Assembly: GCA_038227875.1 (NCBI GenBank) | Contig: JBBRPR010000005.1 | Coordinates: forward strand, 96,001-160,000 | DNA: 64,000 nucleotides | Origin: Planctomycetota bacterium | Lineage (GTDB): Bacteria; Planctomycetota; SZUA-567; H5-PLA8 | Direction of reading: 5' to 3' | Part shown: positions 1 through 8,883 of the stretch, piece by piece | Position numbering within the stretch: the stretch's first letter is position 1 | Layout of the letters: every line of letters starts with the position of its first letter | Position numbers and translations under genes: made by a program | The notes under the pieces: model-generated | What the model was told of the DNA's origin: nothing | The model's input: the letters and a program-made list of their open reading frames with translations, nothing else | Databases searched by the model: none

Positions 1-1
1 G

Positions 2-817
2 GCCTTCACGCCTGATCCCGATGATGCGTACGCGTGGTGGGCGGTCTGTTCCAAGCGCAAGGGCATTCGCGGTTATCGCATCGAAACGTTTCCGCGCCAC
101 ATTCAGGAAATCAACGAGAGCTGCAGAACCCGTCAGGAATACGACATCGCGGCCGTCTCCTCCGCTGCGTACCCCTATTTAAGCGCCAACTACGCGATCC
201 TCTCGGCCGGCGCATCGGTCGGGCGCGGTTACGGACCGGCGCTGGCGTCCAAGACACTGCAGACGGAGCAGGATCTGATCGCGGGTATGCGCGTTGGCAT
301 TCCCGGCGAACTCACGACCGGCGCGCTGCTGCTGCGTCTTTACTTTCCAGGTGTGAAGACCGTCGAGCTCCCGTTCGATCAGGTTGCGCCCGCAATTCTG
401 CGCGGCGAGCTCGATGCCGGCGTGCTGATCCACGAGGAACTTCTCAACTGGCGTGCCGCCGGTCTGCGCAAACTCGCGTGCCTGGGGCAGAAGTGGACTG
501 AGGCGACCGGACTGCCGTTGCCGGTCGGATTGAATGTCGTGCGGCGCGGCCTGGGCAAGAATTTGATTCGCCGCATCGGCTCATTGGTCCGCGAAAGCAT
601 GAAGGAAGCCGACGGCCACAAGGCCGAAGCAACCCAGTTCGCCATGACCTATTCGCGAGAAGCCGAACCGGAAATTGGCGCGCGCTTCATCCACATGTTC
701 GCCAATCAGGACACGATCAAGCTCGACAACCAGTGTCTGGAAGCGCTGCGCGTCCTCTATCAGTCCGCCCACGCCGAAGGTCTGATCGACCGCGTCCCGG
801 CCGTGGACGTGAACTAA
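2..817 (+). CDS. mqnD: MqnD/MqnA-family menaquinone biosynthesis protein (futalosine pathway), 5'-truncated at the window edge
   Basis: The frame is open from base 2 (AFTPDPDDAY..., resembling the MqnD N-terminal SPDPDD motif). It continues with SVGRGYGP, IPGELTTGALLL, DAGVLIHE and TGLPLPVG, then ends at TAA 815-817. The ORF track start at 287 is internal. Confidence 0.75.
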   Translation, partial: AFTPDPDDAYAWWAVCSKRKGIRGYRIETFPRHIQEINESCRTRQEYDIAAVSSAAYPYLSANYAILSAGASVGRGYGPALASKTLQTEQDLIAGMRVGIPGELTTGALLLRLYFPGVKTVELPFDQVAPAILRGELDAGVLIHEELLNWRAAGLRKLACLGQKWTEATGLPLPVGLNVVRRGLGKNLIRRIGSLVRESMKEADGHKAEATQFAMTYSREAEPEIGARFIHMFANQDTIKLDNQCLEALRVLYQSAHAEGLIDRVPAVDVN

Positions 818-989
818 TTGCTCGCCAGTACGACAGGCGACCTTACCCGCGATCCGTCAATCTTCTTTCGCGTTAGTGCTGGGCGGTTCGTCGCTGATGC
901 GCCGGCGGTCAGCGCCTCGTTTCTTGTCGCACGATTTCAGCGGACTAGAGAGAAAGACTGCAGCGAAGAACCGTGTCCGCAACCGGTGC

Positions 990-1017
990 TTGATAGAAAG
1001 CCGAACGACGCTACTAT
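990..1017 (+). promoter_or_regulatory. Putative sigma70-type promoter for tRNA-Lys
   Basis: TTGATA (990-995), 16-bp spacer, TACTAT (1012-1017), about 55 bp upstream of the tRNA. Confidence 0.4.
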
Positions 1018-1070
1018 TCTCCACCGGCGCATTTCCCCACCGCGCCGCGCAGAGCTCCGCCAGAACCTTC

Positions 1071-1143
1071 GAAGGGGTAGCTCAATAGGTAGAGCAACGG
1101 ATTTTTAATCCGTTGGTCGCGGGTTCGATTCCCGCCCCCTTCA
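1071..1143 (+). tRNA. tRNA-Lys(UUU); CCA not encoded
   Basis: Acceptor stem GAAGGGG/CCCCTTC, D arm GCTC/GAGC, anticodon arm ACGGA-TTTTTAA-TCCGT, T arm GCGGG-TTCGATT-CCCGC, discriminator A. Confidence 0.96.
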
Positions 1144-1158
1144 TTTACTATCCGCTCA

Positions 1159-2055
1159 CTACTCCCGAATGATCACCGTCTTGCCGTTTTTTTCGAAACA
1201 CTTCAGGTAATCGGCGAGCGGTCCTAGGCCCATTTCTTTGCGGTAGTCGTCTACTTTCTCGCGGTTTTCAAGCGGGTAGAGGCTTAAATTTCCGTCCGGT
1301 TCGTAAGTGAGTTGCGAGCCATAACGCTGACGTGCGCCGATGTTCGTCTGGAGGCGGTCATAGAGCAATGCAAAGGCGCCGCCGTCGGCAAGGAGTCCGG
1401 CTTTCAGATCCTTCTCAATTTCCACGATCGACGCGAGCATCAGCGGCATATGATTGCTGTGCTGCACGAGCAGAAAGGCCTGACCGGCGCTCCTGGCGCC
1501 AAATCGCTTCGCGTCAATCCAGCCAGACTCCAGGGCCAACTTCTCGACGTAAGCGGTGTTGTCCATGTCCACCGCGATAATCGTTTCCGGCACGAACGGT
1601 CCATTGCGCATGGCCTGGTCGACTTCAACCCGCTGCTCCAACTGTTTCTGAATGGCCGAGATTTCCTCTCCGTTGATAGTTTTAGCCCCAAAGACCATCG
1701 GCTTGCATTCGATCTCGAGCGGCGTGTGATCGAGTTTTGAAAACACCGTCGTGCCGCATGGACCTGGAGTCCACTGCTGTGTCCATTCCAGCTTCCCTTC
1801 TTTAATGAGAAAGTGCGAGCTGAATGAACGCTGCTCCCGGACTGTTCCGGTGCGCGCATCCTTCGTGGCTTCAAGCCAGACCTGGTCGCGCTCGTATTTC
1901 GGCGTGTACTTTGCCAGCGAACCGTGCATGGAGATGGTGATCAGGCGAGGCTCGAACCGTATGAACTCCCGCGGCGGTGAGCGATCGGCTTTCCAGCAAC
2001 CGAAAAGGTCTCTGGCAGGACCAGGAATATCCAATTCGTTGACATCGTTGCTCAT
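1159..2055 (-). CDS. DUF6624-like domain protein
   Basis: 298-aa ORF. The C-terminal half has DQAMR...DMDNT...GW...AFLLVQHS...ALLYDR...QRYGSQ, the pattern I recognise for DUF6624. Confidence 0.7.
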   Translation of the reverse strand: MSNDVNELDIPGPARDLFGCWKADRSPPREFIRFEPRLITISMHGSLAKYTPKYERDQVWLEATKDARTGTVREQRSFSSHFLIKEGKLEWTQQWTPGPCGTTVFSKLDHTPLEIECKPMVFGAKTINGEEISAIQKQLEQRVEVDQAMRNGPFVPETIIAVDMDNTAYVEKLALESGWIDAKRFGARSAGQAFLLVQHSNHMPLMLASIVEIEKDLKAGLLADGGAFALLYDRLQTNIGARQRYGSQLTYEPDGNLSLYPLENREKVDDYRKEMGLGPLADYLKCFEKNGKTVIIRE

Positions 2056-2154
2056 GCTCGCAGTGTATCCGCAGCTTGATTCAGTTTGTTTTCAAAAAAT
2101 AAATTGTATGAACCATCAGTGGCCGATGCCTAAAAACCATCTGGAGTTGTAACC

Positions 2155-2754
2155 ATGAGCACTGAAACTGCACCCACATTAATCAGCTCCATCCGCGCCG
2201 AATACGAACGGTACAAAGCGCTCAGCGAAGGCGCGTTTGCGCAGGTGAACGATGCGGATCTGTGCGCGCGGACGGGGGATGGCACCAATTCCATCGCCGT
2301 CCTCGTGTGGCACCTTTCTGGAAATCTGGCATCGCGCTTTACAGACTTCCTGACGACCGATGGTGAAAAGCCATGGCGCAAGCGCGATGAGGAATTTTCG
2401 GCGCGGGTCGTTTCGCGGGATGAACTGTTGAAGAAGTGGGAGTTGGGCTGGGCCGTGCTGTTCAGCGCGCTCGATGCGCTGACCGACGAGGATTTGCAGC
2501 GCGTCGTAATGATTCGCAAACAGCCGTTGCGCGTGCATCAGGCGCTGCAGCGGTCTCTGGCGCATGCCAGCTATCATGCCGGTCAGATTGTCCTGATCGC
2601 GCGATCGTTTTGCGGCGAGCACTGGAAATCGCTGACCATCCCGCCGGGAGGTTCGCAGGCCTACAACAGCGATCCGAAATTTGAGCAGGCGGGCGGGCAC
2701 GCGGAAAAGTTGCGCGCGTCAACAGACGCGTCGCGTGAGCCGAAACAAAAATGA
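2155..2754 (+). CDS. DUF1572 / DinB-superfamily protein
   Basis: Motifs NSIAVLVWHLSGNLASRFTDFLTTDGEKPWRKRDEEF and HASYHAGQIV; GGAG RBS upstream. Confidence 0.85.
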   Translation: MSTETAPTLISSIRAEYERYKALSEGAFAQVNDADLCARTGDGTNSIAVLVWHLSGNLASRFTDFLTTDGEKPWRKRDEEFSARVVSRDELLKKWELGWAVLFSALDALTDEDLQRVVMIRKQPLRVHQALQRSLAHASYHAGQIVLIARSFCGEHWKSLTIPPGGSQAYNSDPKFEQAGGHAEKLRASTDASREPKQK

Positions 2755-2772
2755 GTTTGTTATTGAACAGCG

Positions 2773-5193
2773 CTACGTATGAACGTGCGCGCGTATGCCC
2801 CGCCACATGTTGATACCGGCTCCGCACAGAAGAAGAACGGCCGCGGCGCCGGCCAGGTACAAACCCCACGTGAACGATTCGGGCTGGTACTTGAATTGGA
2901 CGGTGTGTTCTCCGGCGGGAAACTGGATGCCGCGGAGCATGACGTCGGTCGGGAAGATGGGGACTTCGCTGCCGTCCAGGTACGCCTTCCATCCCGGGTA
3001 ACACGCGTCACTGACGACCAGAAGGCCCGGCCGGCCCGATGCGGCGCGTACGGTCATTGAGTTTGCGCTCCGATTAATCACGGTCGCGGGCACCGGATCG
3101 GACGGCTCGTTCAAATGTGTTAATGCTTCGGTCGCCGGGCCATCAACGATGGCGATGCGGCTCGCAGACCAATCGGGTTTGCGCATAAGCTGCACGGCTT
3201 CGTCAGGATCCTGTGCGTGCTGCACGGCGTAAACGATGAACGCGCGCGGAAACGCGTTCGCATTGCGGAATATTTTCACTTCACCGTCGTACACGCGTTC
3301 AAAACGCAGTCCGGACGGAGCAACTCCAGAAAACGAACTGTGTTGCTTTTCACTTTCCAGACCCGGCGGAAGTGCATTCAGTACGATGAAGTAGCGGATG
3401 TTCAATAAATCAAAGCATGAGCCGTAATTCATTTCCGTTTCAGTGCCGACGATACGCAGTTCCTTGTTGGGCGTCAGGAGTGCATTCGAGTACTTGAATT
3501 TTCGCGCTTCGAGCACGCTGCTGACGTGCCTCACATCGTCGATGCCATAGGCCAGCTGGACCTCCGGATAGAGAATGGAATCGCGGGCATAGGTGCGAAA
3601 GCAATCGTCTTGAGCCTGGAGGAATTTCAGATACGGCGCGGGCGCGTAGGGGTCGTGACGCAACGGCCGATGACTCTTGTAAAAGGCGACCTGTAGTTCG
3701 CATACTAGCAGGAGAATTACGGCGGTGGTGAAAACGCGTCGTGGAAGTCGAATTGCTCCTCCCATCACGAGGACGGCAATGGGGGCGCACAGAAAGCTGA
3801 GCGCAAACGTGCAGGCCATCGCCATTTTCGCCGAACTGGCAAAGTACTGCTCCGGAATCAGCACCAGCGTGTAGACGAACATCAGCACGGTCGCCGCGAT
3901 GGCTGACAGCGCAGTGCGTATCTGCGACTGTCGAGACAAGAGCAGCGACAATCCACAGGCACCCAGCGCAGCGAATGAAAATTCGATCGTCGACGTGGTG
4001 TACCGGACGAGCCCGACCTGGCGGTATACCGGCAACGTTCCCAGCCAGTTCGTGCCGGGAAATCCGTATTGCTTCAGCAGAAAAAATGCGCCGTACGCGC
4101 CGAAGAAGACCACCGCGGCGCGGCGGCGTGAATTTTTGAAGACCACCAGCAGCGCAGCCACGGCCAGCGGCCAGACAACCAGATGGTAATTGGGATAGTA
4201 CCGCTGCGCCCGCGTCAGGTAATAGGGAATGAAGGCGCAGATCCGGTCATAGGGCTCAGCGCGGATGGTTCCCGCGAATTCGGTTGGGTCGTGCGCGCTG
4301 AAGCCATGGGCCACATTTTCAAGAAAGGGGAACAGCACCGGAGCGCCCAGCGCAAAGCCAAGCAGGCACGAGGCGACAAACCAGGCGACATCGCGCGCGA
4401 CGCCACGCAATCCCAATCCTGTTTCCCACGCTTTCACCGCCGACACGCAGAGAAACCAGAGCCCCGCGAATTGCAGCACCACGAATGTGGCCTCGGCGAA
4501 ATCGGCGAAAAGCAGCCACGTCACGCAGGCTGAAAATTGAGCGCCGTGGCGGAAGCTCACTTGGAGCGCCAGAGCATGGGCGCAGTAAAGCGTCAGCGGC
4601 AGGAGCGTGAAGACATGCAGGTCCGCATGATTGACGAAGTAGAAGGCGTGATTTGAAAACATGTACGCCGCGGCCCCGAACAAGGCCGGACCAAACGACA
4701 GGCGGAGCTTTTGTAAGAATAAAAAGGTAAAGGACCCGGCGATGAGGTAGCGCACGAGGATTTCCAGGTCGACGACCCACGCGTATAAAGAATCGGAGAC
4801 CACTACGGCCGGCCAATTCAGTGGATCGAATACGCCCACTTGCCCGCAACCGAGATGCGGCCTGCCGAGAAAAGAGTGAGGTGCCCACAGCGGCACTTCT
4901 CCATTCCGTAGCATCGCGCGGGTAAAATAGCGAAAGGGCTCCAGCGTCCACGCGACGGCTCCGGGATCGGGGCAAAATACCAGCGGCGCGGCTGCATCCG
5001 TGGACGGATTGGCCGAGACGGGCAGGGTGCCGTCCAGGAGCGAATCCATGAAAAACGTTCGGCCCTGAAATGCGACATCGCGGAAATGAAACGCCAACAG
5101 AAAGGAGAGACAGACGAATGCGGCGAGCTTCGGTCGCCGGGTCGTGATTCCGCGAACCCACCCATTGGCCCTGCTTAAGAAACGGATTTTCAT
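2773..5193 (-). CDS. YfhO-family polytopic membrane protein (GT-C-like)
   Basis: 806 aa with many TM segments, N-terminal GEVPLWAPHSFLGRP, and a C-terminal NAFPRAF...LLVVSDACYPGWKAYLDG...GEHTVQFKYQP followed by a final TM. Confidence 0.85.
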   Translation of the reverse strand: MKIRFLSRANGWVRGITTRRPKLAAFVCLSFLLAFHFRDVAFQGRTFFMDSLLDGTLPVSANPSTDAAAPLVFCPDPGAVAWTLEPFRYFTRAMLRNGEVPLWAPHSFLGRPHLGCGQVGVFDPLNWPAVVVSDSLYAWVVDLEILVRYLIAGSFTFLFLQKLRLSFGPALFGAAAYMFSNHAFYFVNHADLHVFTLLPLTLYCAHALALQVSFRHGAQFSACVTWLLFADFAEATFVVLQFAGLWFLCVSAVKAWETGLGLRGVARDVAWFVASCLLGFALGAPVLFPFLENVAHGFSAHDPTEFAGTIRAEPYDRICAFIPYYLTRAQRYYPNYHLVVWPLAVAALLVVFKNSRRRAAVVFFGAYGAFFLLKQYGFPGTNWLGTLPVYRQVGLVRYTTSTIEFSFAALGACGLSLLLSRQSQIRTALSAIAATVLMFVYTLVLIPEQYFASSAKMAMACTFALSFLCAPIAVLVMGGAIRLPRRVFTTAVILLLVCELQVAFYKSHRPLRHDPYAPAPYLKFLQAQDDCFRTYARDSILYPEVQLAYGIDDVRHVSSVLEARKFKYSNALLTPNKELRIVGTETEMNYGSCFDLLNIRYFIVLNALPPGLESEKQHSSFSGVAPSGLRFERVYDGEVKIFRNANAFPRAFIVYAVQHAQDPDEAVQLMRKPDWSASRIAIVDGPATEALTHLNEPSDPVPATVINRSANSMTVRAASGRPGLLVVSDACYPGWKAYLDGSEVPIFPTDVMLRGIQFPAGEHTVQFKYQPESFTWGLYLAGAAAVLLLCGAGINMWRGIRAHVHT

Positions 5194-5450
5194 GGGGATG
5201 GGAATAGGCGGACAAAATCGTGCTTACGCCGCCGGGCTCCTTACATTCAAAAAATGGAATGACGGGATGTTGCCATTGGTTGTTACGAATGTCAATTGCG
5301 CCACTTTTGGCGCACTTGCACTAACCCGTCGAAGACTTGCACATTCCGGCTAAACAGCGTCTTGCGGTGCCTTCCCGGTTCCCACGATTAACTCCCGGTG
5401 TAGAAACGGTGTGAAGCGCGTGAGTCTCTCGCGCTTCAACCGGGAGGTGC

Positions 5451-6833
5451 GTGATGAAGATGACTGCGCGAATTTGTGTGCTGATGCTCAGTGGAGCTCT
5501 CGCCACGACGGCGTGCGCTGCAACCAGCGATGCCGCTGCGGAATCCAAAGTAGTCGCGGCAGTACCGGCGGGAATGACGTCAGCGGCTGCGGCGAAGGGC
5601 GCAGCCTCCTGGCCATGCTACCGCGGAAAAAATCAGGACAGCATCTCCACCGAGGCGCTGGACACGCACTGGCCGGACGGGGGGCCCAAACGACTCTGGT
5701 CGGCGCAGATCTGGTTCGGTTACGCGTCGCTGGCCATCGCGGGCAATCGCGCCTACACGACCGGTTCCAACGGCAATGGATCGGAGACCTGCGTTTACTG
5801 CCTGAATCTCGATACCGGCGCGGAAATCTGGAAGACCAAACTGCCCGTGGGCAAAGGGACCGGCTGGCATGGATATGGTTCCGAAGCGACACCGGTTTTC
5901 GACGACAAGCGCGTTTATGCGATCACGCCGATGGGCGTCACCGCGGCGGTGGACATCGAGACCGGCAAACTGGTCTGGTCATACGATCAAGTGGAACACG
6001 GCGTGGGCAAGAATCACTATGGTTTCGCCGCCTCGCCACTGCTCTATAAGGATCTGATCATCATGAATTGCGGCATCGCGCTCAAAGCGGCTACCGGCGA
6101 AATTGCCTGGCAGGAGAAGAACGTCACCAACCCCTGGTTCTCCACGCCGTTTCTCTTGTCTCAGGATGGAAAAGACACGGTAATTATGAACAGCTTCCCG
6201 CCGGGGAAAAATCGGCTCTTCGGCATTAACCCTCTGACCGGCGAAGAGCTGTGGACGTTCGAACTTTCCGGCTGGCCGCACGGCAACTGGCAAGGGGTCT
6301 CCGATATCCTGCGCATCAGCAACGATCAGATTTTCTACGGTAACGGGGCACTACTGAAGATCGCCAACAACACCTGCTCCGTGGTCAATGACAAACTGCC
6401 GTACTCCAACACGTACCTCGGCAATCCGGTTTTCTGCAACGGCCACGTCTTCGGGTTTTCCGTGATCAGCGGCGATCCGCCGAAGGCCGCCGATCTGGCC
6501 GCCTCACGGTTGCAGTGCCTGGACCTGAAAACCGGCAAGCAGTCCTGGCAGAAGACCGGCATGGCCGGGACCTGCTCGATCGCCGATGGCAAATTGCTGA
6601 TCATGACCGCCGAAGGAAAGCTGATTGTCGCGGAGACTTCCGGAGAAGCGTACAAGGAAATCGTCAGCGCAAAAATTTACGAGTCCAACATGACGCCGGA
6701 CGGAAAAACCATGAGCGGCCGCGACGGCGCGTGGATCATGCCGATACTTGTTAACGGGCGCATCTACTGCCGAAACATTCGCAACGGGATGAGTGAGATC
6801 GTGTGTCTCGATGTGAAACAAGCAGAGAAGTAG
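5451..6833 (+). CDS. Secreted PQQ-binding-like beta-propeller protein
   Basis: Signal peptide, WPCYRG start motif, repeated CL(N/D)xxTGxxxW blades, SPLL and PILVNGRIYCR. The start may be ATG 5454. Confidence 0.85.
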   Translation: MMKMTARICVLMLSGALATTACAATSDAAAESKVVAAVPAGMTSAAAAKGAASWPCYRGKNQDSISTEALDTHWPDGGPKRLWSAQIWFGYASLAIAGNRAYTTGSNGNGSETCVYCLNLDTGAEIWKTKLPVGKGTGWHGYGSEATPVFDDKRVYAITPMGVTAAVDIETGKLVWSYDQVEHGVGKNHYGFAASPLLYKDLIIMNCGIALKAATGEIAWQEKNVTNPWFSTPFLLSQDGKDTVIMNSFPPGKNRLFGINPLTGEELWTFELSGWPHGNWQGVSDILRISNDQIFYGNGALLKIANNTCSVVNDKLPYSNTYLGNPVFCNGHVFGFSVISGDPPKAADLAASRLQCLDLKTGKQSWQKTGMAGTCSIADGKLLIMTAEGKLIVAETSGEAYKEIVSAKIYESNMTPDGKTMSGRDGAWIMPILVNGRIYCRNIRNGMSEIVCLDVKQAEK

Positions 6834-6981
6834 CCGCGGCCGGATTTGCCTGTTTTCGGAATTTATTTCCACAGCATCGGCCGTTTTAGATCAATTCAAA
6901 ACCTTCCTGCTGGACAGCCAACACCCCTATGGAGAAACTACGTTGGACGAATATGTGTAGACCGCTGAGGAGTGGTCAACT

Positions 6982-7716
6982 ATGCAGCGATTATCGGTGA
7001 TTCTGATCTGCTCGATTCTGCTTAGCACGATCACAATCCGCGCCGACACAGTGTTCCTGACCAACGGCATGGAAGTCGAAGGGACCGTGACGGAGGACGG
7101 AAAATCCGTCGTGATCATCCGGACGCACACGGGAAGTGTGCGGACGTTCCGTCGCGCGGAAGTGGACGCGGTCGTGCGCGACAAGAGCACGATGGCCGCT
7201 CCCCCGCCCTCTCCTTCGCCAGCGAACGTGTCCCAGCCCACACTGCCGCCCGCGGTTAATCCCGAAGTAAAATCCATCCCTGACAAACCGGCCGATCAGC
7301 CCCTCGTGGAGCCGGGGCCCACATCGAATCCGAATCTGGTCTGGAGCGAATCGCTGGTGGACGCCAAGGCGCTGGCGAAATCGCGCAGCAAGCTCATCCT
7401 CGCCAATTTCACCGGCAGCGACTGGTGCGTCTTCTGCAAGAAGCTGGAGAAGGAAGTGTTCGCGACGCCGGACTTCGAGGCATGGGCCAATGAGAATTTC
7501 ATCCTGCTCAAGCTCGACTTGCCCTCCGAAAAGGTGAAACAGGACCCGGCGACCCGAAAACAGAATCAAGACCTGGTGAAGAAATTTGAGATCAGTGGTT
7601 ACCCCACCGTCGTGATTCTGACAGCAGACGGCAACGAGGTGGCGCGCAAAGCAGGCTACAGCGAAAAAGGCGCGAAACACTGGATCGCCGTGGTCACCGA
7701 GTTGATGAAAAAATAG
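6982..7716 (+). CDS. Exported thioredoxin-fold protein
   Basis: Signal peptide, a DTVFLTNG domain, a Pro-rich linker, then FTGSDWCVFC (CxxC) and the GYPT cis-Pro loop. Confidence 0.85.
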   Translation: MQRLSVILICSILLSTITIRADTVFLTNGMEVEGTVTEDGKSVVIIRTHTGSVRTFRRAEVDAVVRDKSTMAAPPPSPSPANVSQPTLPPAVNPEVKSIPDKPADQPLVEPGPTSNPNLVWSESLVDAKALAKSRSKLILANFTGSDWCVFCKKLEKEVFATPDFEAWANENFILLKLDLPSEKVKQDPATRKQNQDLVKKFEISGYPTVVILTADGNEVARKAGYSEKGAKHWIAVVTELMKK

Positions 7717-7757
7717 CTCAGCTTGCGTTCATCCCGGTTCACAGTAAAGATGACGGC

Positions 7758-8789
7758 ATGCCTCGCGGACTTCATCTCGACGGGCCGGAACGGCTCTCCA
7801 TCAAGACCTACGAACCCGGACCGATGCCGGCCGATGCGGTCCGCATTCACGTTGAATTTGCAGCGATCAAACACGGCACGCTTTTTCACATGTACAGCGG
7901 CCACTCGCCGTTTGCCGGACAACGCTTCGATTCTCAGAGCCGCCTGTTTGTCGCCGATCCCAACAAGGCCGCGTGCTCGCCGGGTTTCGCGGGAAATATG
8001 GTCGTGGGCGTGGTCGATCAAGTCGGCGCTAACGTCAGCGGCGTTAAGCCGGGCGAACGGATCTTCGGTTACGCGACCTGTCGCGAAACGGCGGACCTGC
8101 ACGAATGGTGGCCGCTGGGCGCGCTGGATCCCCGCGATGCCGTCTGCACCGACCCCGGCGCGTACGGGCTGGTGGGAATTCTCGATGGCAATGTACTTTT
8201 CGGCGAGTCAGTGATCGTCTTCGGCATGGGCGCGATCGGCCTGATGGCCGTTCAATTTTTGAAAGCCAACGGCGTTCACAACATCGCCGCGGTCGATCCC
8301 GTGCCTGCACGACAGGAGTTAGCGCGACGTTTCGGCGCAACAGTCATCGATCCGTTAAAGCCGGGGCTCGACTTGGGTCTCCTCAGCCGCGAACTGACCG
8401 GCGGCCACGGCTTCGATCTGGCGATTGAATGCTCCGGACGCGTCGACGCGCTGGCGCAGTCCATTCGGACCGTCCGCATGTGCGGGCGCATCTGCTCGGT
8501 CGGATTTTACGAAGGCGCCGGCACGCCGCTGCATCTCGGCGCCGAGTGGCTCCACAACCGCCTGGAAATGATCTGCCCGATGCCGGAATGGGGCAACCCC
8601 ATGCGCCAGCATCCGCGCTGGACGCTGCGGCGTTTGCGCGACACGGTCATTGAAGCGCTACGGCGCGGCCAGGTCAGCGGCAAAGAGATCTGCGGACCGA
8701 TCACGACGCTCGACGAAGCTCCGACCCAGATTCACGCCGTGTACAAGGATTCGCGGCTAGGCCTGAAATGTTGCGTGCGCTTTAGTTAA
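7758..8789 (+). CDS. MDR-superfamily (alcohol dehydrogenase-like) oxidoreductase
   Basis: GroES-like N-domain, Rossmann motif VFGMGAIG, DLAIECSG. The canonical catalytic Zn motif GHE is absent. Confidence 0.8.
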   Translation: MPRGLHLDGPERLSIKTYEPGPMPADAVRIHVEFAAIKHGTLFHMYSGHSPFAGQRFDSQSRLFVADPNKAACSPGFAGNMVVGVVDQVGANVSGVKPGERIFGYATCRETADLHEWWPLGALDPRDAVCTDPGAYGLVGILDGNVLFGESVIVFGMGAIGLMAVQFLKANGVHNIAAVDPVPARQELARRFGATVIDPLKPGLDLGLLSRELTGGHGFDLAIECSGRVDALAQSIRTVRMCGRICSVGFYEGAGTPLHLGAEWLHNRLEMICPMPEWGNPMRQHPRWTLRRLRDTVIEALRRGQVSGKEICGPITTLDEAPTQIHAVYKDSRLGLKCCVRFS

Positions 8790-8793
8790 GCAC

Positions 8794-8860
8794 GTCAGCA
8801 TAAGGCAAATTTGCCTTATGTTGACTTTTAACCACCTGGCAAATTTGCCATATGGTCTAC
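8794..8860. repeat. Two tandem loopless palindromes sharing the core GGCAAATTTGCC (REP-like or bidirectional terminator)
   Basis: 8794-8825 is a 32-bp palindrome with one mismatch. 8831-8856 is a second palindrome preceded on the - strand by GTAG. Both lie between convergent genes. Confidence 0.7.
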
Positions 8861-8883
8861 ACCAGTGACACAGCCGCAGTTGC

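Noticed and set aside
5285..5298. 14-bp match ACGAATGTCAATTG, also at 32503-32516 (contains TTGACA on the - strand)
   Set aside because: A 14-mer match is plausible by chance in 64 kb, and I found no correctly spaced -10 box at the first site.
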